This document shows, piece by piece, positions 39,216-49,955 of a stretch of DNA of 64,000 bases; the stretch's first letter is position 1, and each line of letters opens with the position of its first letter. Made by a program: the position numbers and the translations under genes. Location of the stretch: positions 144,293 to 208,292 of the forward strand of contig JAAOMT010000039.1 in assembly GCA_016748015.1 (NCBI GenBank), read 5' to 3'. A model generated the notes under the pieces. It was given only the letters and a program-made list of their open reading frames with translations, was not told where the DNA came from and searched no databases. The stretch comes from Geosiphon pyriformis uo1 (taxonomy: Eukaryota; Fungi; Glomeromycota).

Positions 39216-40394
39216 CATCAAACAATGCCCAGAGGAAATCCCCCCGAGCGCCATCTACCAGAATCCTACAATATTGGTAGTTGTACACTTTGGACCCTTG
39301 GATCCTTTGGATGTGTCACGCTAACCACAAGTCTTGGATATATAAGTTTCATTCTAAATAATAGCATGGACCTTAATTGCTAATCAGACTTTGTCGAAGC
39401 GATAATGCCCCAACAAAGCATTTTTTCATGTAATCTTTCTTGTCTTGCGATTCACCGTGTCCGACACTTTAGGAGGAATCACAATCGTATCAAATTCGCG
39501 AGAAAAGAGTCACTGAATTTTACGTCTTATCAAGTCTCCAGGCCATTTTATTCTTACCCTTTGAGGAGGATGCTAATAGCCTATCCTTTTTGCAGATGAG
39601 GCCCAGAAAAAAAATAAAGTAGAAGATGGAACCTGATAAAGAAAATGTATATCAAGATCTACATGCAACTTGCAACAGTATCTAGTTCTGTCTCATGCTA
39701 GCAGTGCCAAGTTGAGGCTCTTGAACAAAGATTGGTTGACAAAATTACATGAGGCATAAAGTTTAAACTCTGAGCCTTAAAATTGTCCTAATCATCCAAG
39801 TACTTGCAAATACGAACTATACGTTCAATAATATGTTCGTCAATCTTGCCTACACCCTTTTGTGCTAGGTAAAAGGTATGGACGCCGAGACAGTACTATC
39901 CACTTGGATTTCGCGGAGCTGTTTTTGCATCTCATATACCCAGAAAAACTTCCACTCACTCGTTTTGGGAGAGGTGAGCTTGCCATTTGACATTACTTGT
40001 GAGGAATAGGGTACCTATGATTATTCCTCCTTTTTTCAAAATGAAGTCACAGAGCACGCTTCGATATCGAAATGATAGAGTGTATTTGGAAGAACTTGTT
40101 GATTCGCGTTTGTCTCTTGTTGATTCATGTTTAACTTTTGCTAATTTACATTACGCCTAATTACTTCTTCCCTAGTAATCAATGCTTCATCGATGATATT
40201 GGCGGGCGCTTTGCTGTGCATACCCCGAAACACACAACAATTCGCATTAACTTGCGCTTAGCATTTTCGAGTTTCTCGTCTTCGTGTTTGCTAGCGTCTT
40301 TTTCTGCCCAAATATCTGTATAAAGCTTAAGTTTATCTTTGATGGATTGAGGCCTGCTGTGATGGACCGCTTTTTGTTCATTGTGATCACTCAA
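39140..40394 (-). pseudogene. Decayed Fanzor2/IS607-type TnpB, copy 1 (middle and C-terminus)
   Basis: Frameshifted pieces CFGVC, KYTLSFRYRS, EWKFFWVYE, LGVHTF..KGVGKIDEHIIERIVRICKYLDD/LICKKDRLL, FDTIVIPPKVSDTVNRKTRKI, NETYISKTCG, GSKVYN, GARGI. Confidence 0.85.
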
Positions 40395-41334
40395 TAATAG
40401 TTTCTAAATTTAAAACCAAGACCTAGACAAATTAATAAAATTTTGGAGCTTCGAGCACCATAATGCTATTCGATAAACTCAGATGTGTTGGATTGCAAAG
40501 ACAGTGATTCCGTTTGCACCACCAAATTCAAGTTGAGTGTAATTTTCTTCCTTTCTTGTTATTATTCAAATACGAACGTGGTTAGTGGGTACTCTATGCC
40601 TCTGTCGGCCCACTTAGGCAAATCATGTTGCATTCTTCCGATTGAGCCATCCGAAAATGAAAACTGAGAACCCAATCGCGGTAATTATAGAAACAGAAAT
40701 CTTGAATTGACACAAGAAAAGTCTCAAACCCAAGCTAAAGTCCAAAACTAGAGGTAAATTAATGAAAGACGGTGTAATAAGCTTAATTCTCTTTGATGGT
40801 GCGGTTTAATAATAAAAAATACCCGACAGATAATGTTTATAGTGCCGATAGCAAAATTGCCACTTATACTTTTTGGAGTTCCGAATAATAAGATAACATC
40901 ATGATAGGAAATTTTCAGGACGTATCCAGTTTCAAATAATTATGAATTCACAAATCTGTTTCTGGAAATTCAAAAAATCTGTTTCAAAAAAGTTTTTGGA
41001 ATTCAAAAAAGTGTTAATAGTCAAAATCGTGCAACATTACCCGATTTTTTTAAGTCCAATTTTTTTGGGTGATGAGCTCATAATCACTGATTCTTTGGAA
41101 TGTATGTATTCAAAGTACCCTAACCTCAATCATAAATTTATCATCACCTATACGTCACTTGGTATTACCAGTACTATCATGCACAAGGAAAATCAATAGG
41201 CATTAGCCGAAATAATGATGTATGATGGATTTTGAGTTCCTTCTTTTGACTGGAATTTTTTTTTTGGACTTATATAAAAAGGAGGTCTGAGTTATTCCCT
41301 TAGTTATCTGGCTCCTTTTTTTTAACACTTAATT

Positions 41335-42516
41335 ATGACTTGGAAAAATAATTCAATGGTCAAACAATCTACATTACTTAAGATTAACCATTTCTACTCT
41401 AAATTTCCACGAATTCTCACAACCATACTTTACTTAGTATATTTCTTGAGTTTATCAACAATTTCATGTTGGGCTTCCCCAATTGAGAAACGCGGTGTGG
41501 GGAGCGACGCCTCACAACAAAATAGCGATAATGGTATGTTTTTGATTTCCGTGATCATATGATTCTAAAAATCAAACTGAAATTTCTTCTCAATTATATT
41601 TTTATAACGCGTTACAGCCAGCAAAATTACGGTACATTCAACCATCCTTGGCATATTATTGATCGCGTTAGGGTTCGTCTATTGTTTCTTTGGAAGGAGA
41701 TTTTTTCGAGTGACAATTTTCATACTTGGGTTCTATATAGGCTGTAAGTATTTACCTACTGACTCGTAAAGTTGAAGTTACGTAGAGTTGAAATTTTCAC
41801 ATTTTAACCGTATGATTTGTAAAACTTTCAAAGCTATTATCGCTTGGGTAATATTAACAAACGCAGAACCTAGCAAAGGATATGGCAAAGGGGCAGCAAC
41901 TATACTCTTAGTGGTCTCCCTTGTGTTTGGGCTTCTTATTGGTCTTTTAGCCGTGTGTTGCGCAGATTTCGCTGTTTATATGTTGGGTGGGCTTGGTGGT
42001 ATGTATCCGAAGTTCAGAGAACCTTTGGCCGATTGAGATAATAAGAATACTTATATATATTCCTGAATTTAAGGTTACGTCCTTGCCATATTCATCCTAG
42101 CCTGGGGAAATGATGGAATAATTACATCAAAAGCCGGCAGAATTATCTTTATATTGGCCTTTATTATTGCTGGTGTGATCCTAACGATGTTATTTAAAAA
42201 TATTCTCATCATCCTTTCAACCTCTTTGATTGGTGCCTACAGTATCATTCTTGGCATTGATATATTTGCTCGGACAGGGTTCAAGGAATCAGTTCGTCAT
42301 TTTATGGATGGAAACCATGGCATTATTTATCATGCTAGTGGTAAAGTATATGGGCTGTTGGTAGCATTGTTGGTGCTCTTTATTGCAGGGAGTGTATTTC
42401 AATGGAGATATCATAGAGGTCATGATTTCGGATACCGGAATGAAGCACCTGCAACAAAGAATACAATTGGTAAAAAAAGAAATTGGAGGAATATGTTTAG
42501 CAGGAGAAGTGTGTAA
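41335..42516 (+). CDS. DUF4203/TMEM198(TM7S3)-like membrane protein (exons 41335-41533, 41618-41743, 41834-41998, 42074-42516)
   Basis: Signal-like segment ending ASPIEKR; G..YCFFGRRFFRVTIFILGF; IILSTSLIGAYSIILGIDIF; canonical introns; start codon uncertain (41335 or 41356). Confidence 0.85.
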
Positions 42517-42906
42517 ATCTTAGCCGCAGGGTAATAAGATAAATGCCCGAAAATCAATTCCCGCCATTTAATTACATTTAGTTTTTATATTCCCTTTTGA
42601 TTTTAAACCCTAACAATTATTTTGAATTATTTATTGTACTATTTAAGTTGACATTGGTGCTGACGAATTTTTTTCTTCTCGTTGAGAAGTATTAGTATAC
42701 AAATCTTGATACGTTGTAAAATTGCTACCTTGTAAAGAGAAAAATTAATAAAACCATTGTGTCGAGATTGAAAATAGCTCTTTAAACTAGCTTTAATTAA
42801 ATGAAAAGCATACTTGCAGTTGCTTAAAAAAGAAACTGAACACGAAAAAATCGAATTTCTCGCCAAGAGTAAAAAAGTATATTCGTTAAATCATTTTTAT
42901 CACTTT

Positions 42907-43481
42907 CAGTGTATTGTGACAGAAACCGATATTTAAAAACGAATTTCTCAAAGTAAATTACCAAACTAAGAGTAAAGATCCCTAGCCCTTTTTGGTACCG
43001 AATCGATTAACCTTTAACAAAAAACGATTTCAATGCTATTCCAGGCAATTTATAACTTTTCCCACGCATATCTACTTCATTCCATAAATGCTCGACTGGG
43101 TTTAAATTAGGAGACTGGAAAAGAATTATGAAACCATTTGGCGATCTTTTAATATATTTTCCAACAATACTTTTGCCCATCTGACCCGAATAACTGGTAC
43201 TTGCTTTCCTTTGACCAGGCTACTCTTCGATGTTTTTGTCCATAGTAGTGAGTCTAGACTTCAACGGCGGTGGAGCATTTCCGGATGATATTAGTCGGAC
43301 AGCATTCTGTGGGCGACAGCTTTTGGTTTCTCATTGAAGCTCCCCGTTTCTTTTTTATTTTTGCATATGTTTAGAGCCGAAACCAGGGCTACCTGCTTTG
43401 ATACAGCGGTTTCGTGGACCATGTATCCTTCTTTTCCCAGTGTAGATATATCGGGAGCGTTTTCTTGTAAAATCCGAGCAT
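42907..43481 (-). mobile_element. Internally deleted Tc1-family transposase relic
   Basis: ICKNKKETGSFNEKPK (HTH), VAWSKESKYQLFGSDGQKYCWK (first D region), QSPNLNPVEHLWNEV (E region), LIDSVPKR; CAGT start of a possible TIR at 42907. Confidence 0.85.
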
Positions 43482-43759
43482 TGAAATAAAAAGAATGTTG
43501 TGTGAGATGAAAAAATTTAACTATTTATATTTAGTGGAATCTTAAGGCGATAAAAATTTAAAAATCCTTATTTTAATAAAGGAAAAATATAAAAACTAAA
43601 TTATATGATATTTGTCATTTTAGCGAAAATATTTTATATGCTTTTGGCATACAATTCTTCAATGGCAAAATATTCGAATCTCGACATTTTTTCGTGTCTG
43701 TATTTTTATTTTAAAATTAACTCAATTCCATTTTCTAGGTTACGATGCTTTCGGATGGA

Positions 43760-44600
43760 TTGCTATATAACGCGTATTACTTCTTGCAGGACCAAGGCTC
43801 CATCTCCTGAGCGCCATTTTCATTTTTATCTATCACAATCCCACAATTCTGACAGTTTCACACTTTGAACCCTCGGACTCTTTGGATTTAGCCACACTGA
43901 CTAAAAGTCTTTGATGTGTTAGCTTCGCTCTGGATAATAGCACAAACCCCTGATAACTCGGCCTTTGCTGATCAAGCGTTGTCGAAAGTGAGAATGCACC
44001 CAAAAAAGCATTTTCTAATTTAATCTTTCTTGTCTTGCGATTTGCCATGTCCGACACTTTAGGAGGGATCACAATCGCGTCAAATTCGCGAGTAAAGAGT
44101 GACTGATTTTCACTTTGCAAACGTATAACTTTTCACCCCATCCGAAAAATCGCCTTATCAAGTCGCCAGGCCATTTCATTCTTATATTTTGAGGAGAATG
44201 CTAATAACTTAGCCTTTTTGCAAATGAATGGTGATAGGCTTTTAACAATTTATAGTACACATTGACGGGTTATGAAAATGAGTGATATAGAACGGTTTTA
44301 TGTGGATTGTTAAAAATCATATTGATAAACCTTGAAGTTTTTCGTCTTTACCCAAACATCTATGTAAGATCAGGTTTATCTTTGATGGATTGAGGCCTGT
44401 TGTGATCAAAATTTTTGGCGATGTCATTGAAATAATCCGATTAGCGATTTTTGACATGACCTAGTATTATAAGCAACCCAACCACCGCTCGAAGTGCTTC
44501 TTTGAAGATGGTTTTGATCACCTTGATTAATAATATACGGTTGAGAATATCTTTCATCTTCTGACGTTTGCGACGAGCTGTTGTCGCTTTTCTCTTGTGC
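43760..44600 (-). pseudogene. Decayed Fanzor2/IS607-type TnpB, copy 2 (N-terminal part and C-terminus; centre deleted)
   Basis: KKHFERWLGC, LDKAIFRM, FDAIVIPPKVSDMANRKTRKI, WVHSHFRQRLISK, IIQSEANTSKTFSQCG, NCQNCGIVIDKNENGA. Confidence 0.88.
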
Positions 44601-44872
44601 TATTCGCCTGTTCTAACGCTTTTCGCCGAAGAGAGCCACAATTTTTGCAGAGACCATACCGCGGCTTGTTCGTTACAATAGGGTCTTAAGTCCCAATCGT
44701 TTGAAATTGATACCTGACCCGATATCGCTGAGGAGTTTGCAGGTTGAAAATCGAGAAAGGGGGAGTTGCTTTTGTAACTTTTCTTGTTAGCATAGTTGGT
44801 GGTAATATCAGAAGTTAACTCAGTAAAGAGAGAGGTGGAATTTATTTTCACAATTTTGAGCCTGAGAAGCAC
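44560..44872 (-). pseudogene. tnpA: IS607-type serine recombinase (TnpA) remnant upstream of Fanzor2 copy 2
   Basis: Frame shifted by one from the listed ORF reads QEKLQKQLPLSRFSTCKLLSDIGSGINFKRLGLKTLL*RTSRGMV; DIGSG(I/L)NFKR.GL is the IS607 resolvase signature; catalytic RVSS not found. Confidence 0.8.
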
Positions 44873-45694
44873 TACTTAGCTATTAATTGGTATTTTTATT
44901 AATAGGTATTTTTAATCAATCTTTTCATTTTTAGAAGAATTCCAATTAAGTTTCAGTCCTCATGATGGAAAATAAAAGACAGATACACCAAATAGTGAGT
45001 TTTGTAAAAGTATAAATAATATACTAACAAACTTAACTTAAAAAATTAGCATAATAAAAGGTTTTCTTATAATGAAAATCTATAATAATGAAAAGACTTT
45101 GCTAAAAATGATAAGTTATTTCTTACTAATTTGGTTAATTATTTCTTTGAAATATTACAAATTCAAAAGAAAATTTATATATATTAGATCATTTATATAT
45201 ATTAGCTGGAAGAAATTGTAAGATATAGAAGATCAGTGAAACAATTTATACATGTAACTATGTTTTTAAAAATGAAAAAAAAATCTCACATGTAATTTGT
45301 AATATTGGCTGAAGCTGATTATTGACCATTGAGAAGTTTAACCCAGTTTTGGGAATATCAATGATCAGATGGTCCCTGCTCATTTAAGACACACACTGTA
45401 CGCCAAATTTCTCATTTAAAAAGTTTAGTTGTGGCATGTTTGCTGGAATCCCAATTAGATATCTTAAACTTCCATTCATTATATAACGGATAACTCATTA
45501 AATTTCTATTTTTAAAAACTTTATCGATTGATGTTAAAATGGTCTTCAAATACGGATTCGCAATTGGTATTTAAATTCTTAATATTCCTACTTGTTTTAA
45601 TCTTGAAAATAAAGAAAAATTTTCAAAATCTATTCGAACATTTTTTTCAATCACTTTTGTGATAATCTGATAAAAAGGGGAAAATGTTGGTTCG

Positions 45695-46375
45695 ATGTCA
45701 ATCACTTCAGCAAGGATTATGACGCCATTACACGTTCCTAACGTTATTAGCCTTTCAGTCACTAATTCTACAAGGTTTTTATTGATTGGCACGAAGCCCG
45801 GTAAGTGAATAAAATAACACCAAGTATATCAGATAAAATAATCTAAAATCATTAATAAAAAATTCTTTGAAGAAATCCTCGAATGGATTTACGACCACCC
45901 CACAATTTTAATTGAAACTTCTCTATTCGACAATCCAAACGAAGCGCCACATATTCCATTACCAGACATCATAATCGATCTTTTACCATGTTACGATTCT
46001 GATGCTCATGCAACACATCAAAAATCTTTTCTACAATCTCTAAATCCGCTTTCTCATCCTGATCCAGCCACTGAACCAGTTCGTTTAGAATTTCGTGCGG
46101 TTAATCAAACTTTAGATGAAGAGATAAATGAATGGTATTTCCGGATTGTAATTCAAAAGGGAAAGAATTTGGCAGAAGTTTTTCAACGAGTTAGTGAAGA
46201 ATGGTCAAAAGTTCAGTATCCTAGCCTATGGGATAATATCAAAAAAGTTGCCGGTGTTGGAGTGCAGGCTTATAATGAGGTTGAGGAACAGGTTGAGAAT
46301 TACAAGAAAGTTGAGGAACAGCATCATGGGAATGAAAGTGTGAGCTATGAAAATGAAAGTACAGAAGGAGACTGA
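45695..46375 (+). CDS. Hypothetical protein (exons 45695-45800, 45873-46375; about 202 aa, acidic tail)
   Basis: ATG, GTAAGT donor and GAAG acceptor give an open frame joining ORF 46169-46375. Confidence 0.65.
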
Positions 46376-48437
46376 AGTTGGCAAGAAAAGATGTAATTAA
46401 TTAACACGATTAAAACTTTGTTTTATTCTTGCTTGATATGTATTTTTCGATTCTGTCCTTTATTATGATGAATCGCATTTTGGTTTAAGACAATCATTGA
46501 ATATGGAGGATATGGTAGCTTTCGTATTGGTCATTTTGTTCAAATATAGTATGGGGAATTTTATTGGGTCTATATGATTACGAATTTGTATTTATATAGA
46601 TAAAACCTCTATATTAGTCAGACTTCTTATAGTCACCACTTTTTATATCCTCAAGGTCTGATTACAATGAGTTTAAACTGTAGTAGTAACAGTTTTAAAC
46701 AAGCAACTATCTTTGGCACTCTAAAGAAATCTTTGCTATTAACAATTCAATGCGTTCCTTTCAAGACGTCAACTTTTTAGGTGTGCCTTTCTTTTTTTTG
46801 GTTTCGATTTTTTTATTTAACATTCAAATCGTCTTCTTGAGGTCCTGGATTTTTTTATAAAAGCTTTATGGAGCATTTAATGTTTAACTTCCAAACTAAA
46901 AAATATACAGGTTTTTGGGAAAGTAATAATAGGCTATCATTAAACAAGTTCCTGAATTTTCGTCTTTCTGCTGGCAATTGAAATAATGAAATTACAAACA
47001 ATCATCATTATAACAGTGAACTTGAGAAACTTGGCAAATATTATATTAAAGAGAAAAAGATCCTTAAATAGAGGAATCTGTTAAAGGAAAGTATAGTTAT
47101 TTTTTTATTAAAACACTTGGTCAGTCATGACATCTGAATATACCGATTACCTTCCAGGGTTTGTCCTTGTAGTGAGAAATGATTTATCCTTGTTGGTAAG
47201 AACAAAGCTCAGCAGAATATCTTGGGGGTTTGTCCTTGTTTTGTGGTGTTTTATATACTAATGTTGAGCAGCTTAAAATAATTTAATATTCCACTTATTT
47301 TTACAAATTTCCTTATTTCAAATGAAAATACACTTGCTTTTTGATTTTCTAAACAATATCAATGAGTTTCCCTATTTTATTTAGGCTAAAAACTGATTTG
47401 GTTGTTAAGTGTAAAAGTTCTAGCACTTTTTTGAAAGCTTGTTTCTTTTTTATCAAATTATTTCGACCTTAAAAAAATTAAATATCTTGGGTGTATTTTA
47501 CTAATCTCAAGGCTACAATTAAAATTCAAGATTTGGTTCCAAATTACACAGACGGATAACTTTATTATTGAAAACAAAAGTCTATCAATAGATCGCAGAA
47601 CCCTTTCTTTTTATAATTTCTTTGACACGTTTTAGCATCGAGTCAAGAAAATTGAACAAATGTTTTTAATCTATCCAATAAATCCTGCTCTTCCAAGTCA
47701 GCTTCTGTTTGTGGCTTTCGGTTTTTTTTGATGAATTCAATTTTTAATTTCTCTGAGATTTTCGACATTCAGAACGTTTATCAATAATAGATTTTCATTT
47801 CTTTTAGTTCTAATCGTTTAAGACAATTTTTAAAGCAAGTAATGAACCTTCCAATAATTCCGTACTCTTTCTTGGGCATTTTTACCGTATAACATTCGTT
47901 TTAAGTAAGATCTTTTTGGCTACTAATTTTTGTATACATTTCAAAAATTCAAGTCGTTCTTTAACTAAACAATATATATTAAAAAAAAGATGAATGTCTT
48001 GTTATTAAAAGTAACAAGACAGATCCAATCTAAAAGTTGTTAGTATTACTAAATCTTTGAAATTCGTCTTGAGATCTTTTTACCCGTCTGTACATGTGCC
48101 TAGATATGCAAAACGTTCGAAGCGGAAAAAGTTTTAAAATGAGTATTTTGGACATCTTTGTGGGATGCTAATATGATAAATAATCTTATGATTGAGTGCA
48201 AAGCCATTTAAGAATTGCGAATTGGGGCTTTGAATTCGTGGTTTGTCAATTTTGTTTTATTGTTAATTCAATTTAGTGAATTTCGAGACTTTCATTTTTT
48301 AAACGTTTCTGGAAAAAACAGGATGAATGAAAGAGCAAATTCAGAACAAAATTCAATTTGGAAAGAAATTCTAGTTCTCACAAAGACAAAGATGAAAATG
48401 TTAAATTCTCAGTTCACTATTATTAATTCAAAAATCA

Positions 48438-48872
48438 TCAAAATTTTGGTAAAAGAACGGCCATTAATACAGACAACAAGACCGCAAATGCAGCCTCGTT
48501 AAACATCGAAACCGCAGAACTTTTCTTTGCCGTAGTGCTGGTACTATTATTTGCGGATGTTGTGGTTCCCGATGAATTATTAGAGCCAGTAATAGGTTGA
48601 GACTCATTAGTTAGCTTATTACTAGAGTCTTGGTTGCCGGTAGGACTATTCCCGTTATCCTTCCCATAACGAATCCCGTTTCCACCCCCAATACCGGTGC
48701 CACCCCCATTACCGTTACCACCCCCATTACCGTTGCCGCCCTCATTACTGTTGCCTCTCTGACGTTTCTTGACATCATTGATGTCGCTGGGAGTTGCAGT
48801 GACGATGGCTAACGTCAGTGAAAGAAGAAAGACAAATAAAACAATATAGAAAAAGTGTTGTCTTTGAGCCAT
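48438..48872 (-). CDS. Small secreted, probably GPI-anchored Gly/Asn/Ser/Thr-rich protein, 144 aa
   Basis: N-terminal signal peptide, KKR Kex2-like site, GGNGNG repeats, SSA omega-like site before a hydrophobic C-terminus. Confidence 0.85.
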   Translation of the reverse strand: MAQRQHFFYIVLFVFLLSLTLAIVTATPSDINDVKKRQRGNSNEGGNGNGGGNGNGGGTGIGGGNGIRYGKDNGNSPTGNQDSSNKLTNESQPITGSNNSSGTTTSANNSTSTTAKKSSAVSMFNEAAFAVLLSVLMAVLLPKF

Positions 48873-49955
48873 ATTTTTATATGAGAGGTGGGAAGAAAAT
48901 TATAATATATGTTTAAAGAACAGTAATTAACCAATTGAGTAGAATTATTGTTACAAGAAAAAACTGCTGTTGAGATTTCAAAATTTATCTCTTAGGGGGT
49001 GCAGGATAGTATTTTTATGGTTTTTTTTGTCGAATGGCACAAGCGTATGAACGAATGAAAAATATTTTGTCATGACTTCTGAGGCCTGTTGACTTTTTGT
49101 TGATTTTTCCTTCTAATCATCACCTTGTGAAAGCTTTCGAACAACATTGAGCTCGCTGTGCTAGTAATTCTTAAAGATTTCTTTTAGGTGAATGAATCTG
49201 TTTGAAAATTTCCCAATCTAAACCTCAATTGCTGGCAGGTAATGAAATGGATAAAAGTTATTTTTTATCGCTTGGCAATTGGGAATATTCTATTTGCGCT
49301 CTTGTTTGTTACTTTGGCTTTTCCTATCGGCAAAAAGAATTATAATCAACTGTGAAATTTTTTTTGCGCATAATAAAAATTAGACTTATATAGAATGAGA
49401 TCCAAGCAATATTTTTGAATTCCATTCCATTGTGGGCTTTGAACGAATGAAAATGATTCAGATTTTTGGATATATCGTAACCAAGCCTCATAAAATTTTA
49501 CCAATTCTCTTCATTTTTTTTTTAAAATTTGTGTGACAATGATAAAGTTTCTGCGTCAGTTTTTATGTAAAGGAAATATTTCGCCACGTGATCGGAAAAA
49601 AATTGAATAATAAGAAGAATGCTTTTGCGTGATCATTTTTCAAATTCAAGAACTTTCTAGAATGGTGGAGACGATGGTTGCCAATTTTTTTATCTTTGAA
49701 AGACTTTGGTAAAAATTTATTCAAAAGAAATAAGGTTTGATTTGATATTTATTTCCTTTCCGAAAATCATATTGACTTTGTAAAATAAAATTTGTAGTCT
49801 CTTTCAATGGGAAAGATATGAATATGTTATTTGACCCACTTACATAAAAAATCCTAATATTGACCTCCCTTCAATACCGTAATGATGAGGAACATGGATC
49901 CCCAATGCTTTTTTCTTGGCTGTCATTGATACAATAGCAATCCAACCGGATTGAA

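Noticed and set aside
39405-39599. Plus-strand 64-aa ORF
   Set aside because: Antisense to the Fanzor2 relic
39140-44880. Idea that either Fanzor2 copy is currently functional
   Set aside because: Multiple stops, frameshifts, deletions and loss of RuvC-I/III aspartates
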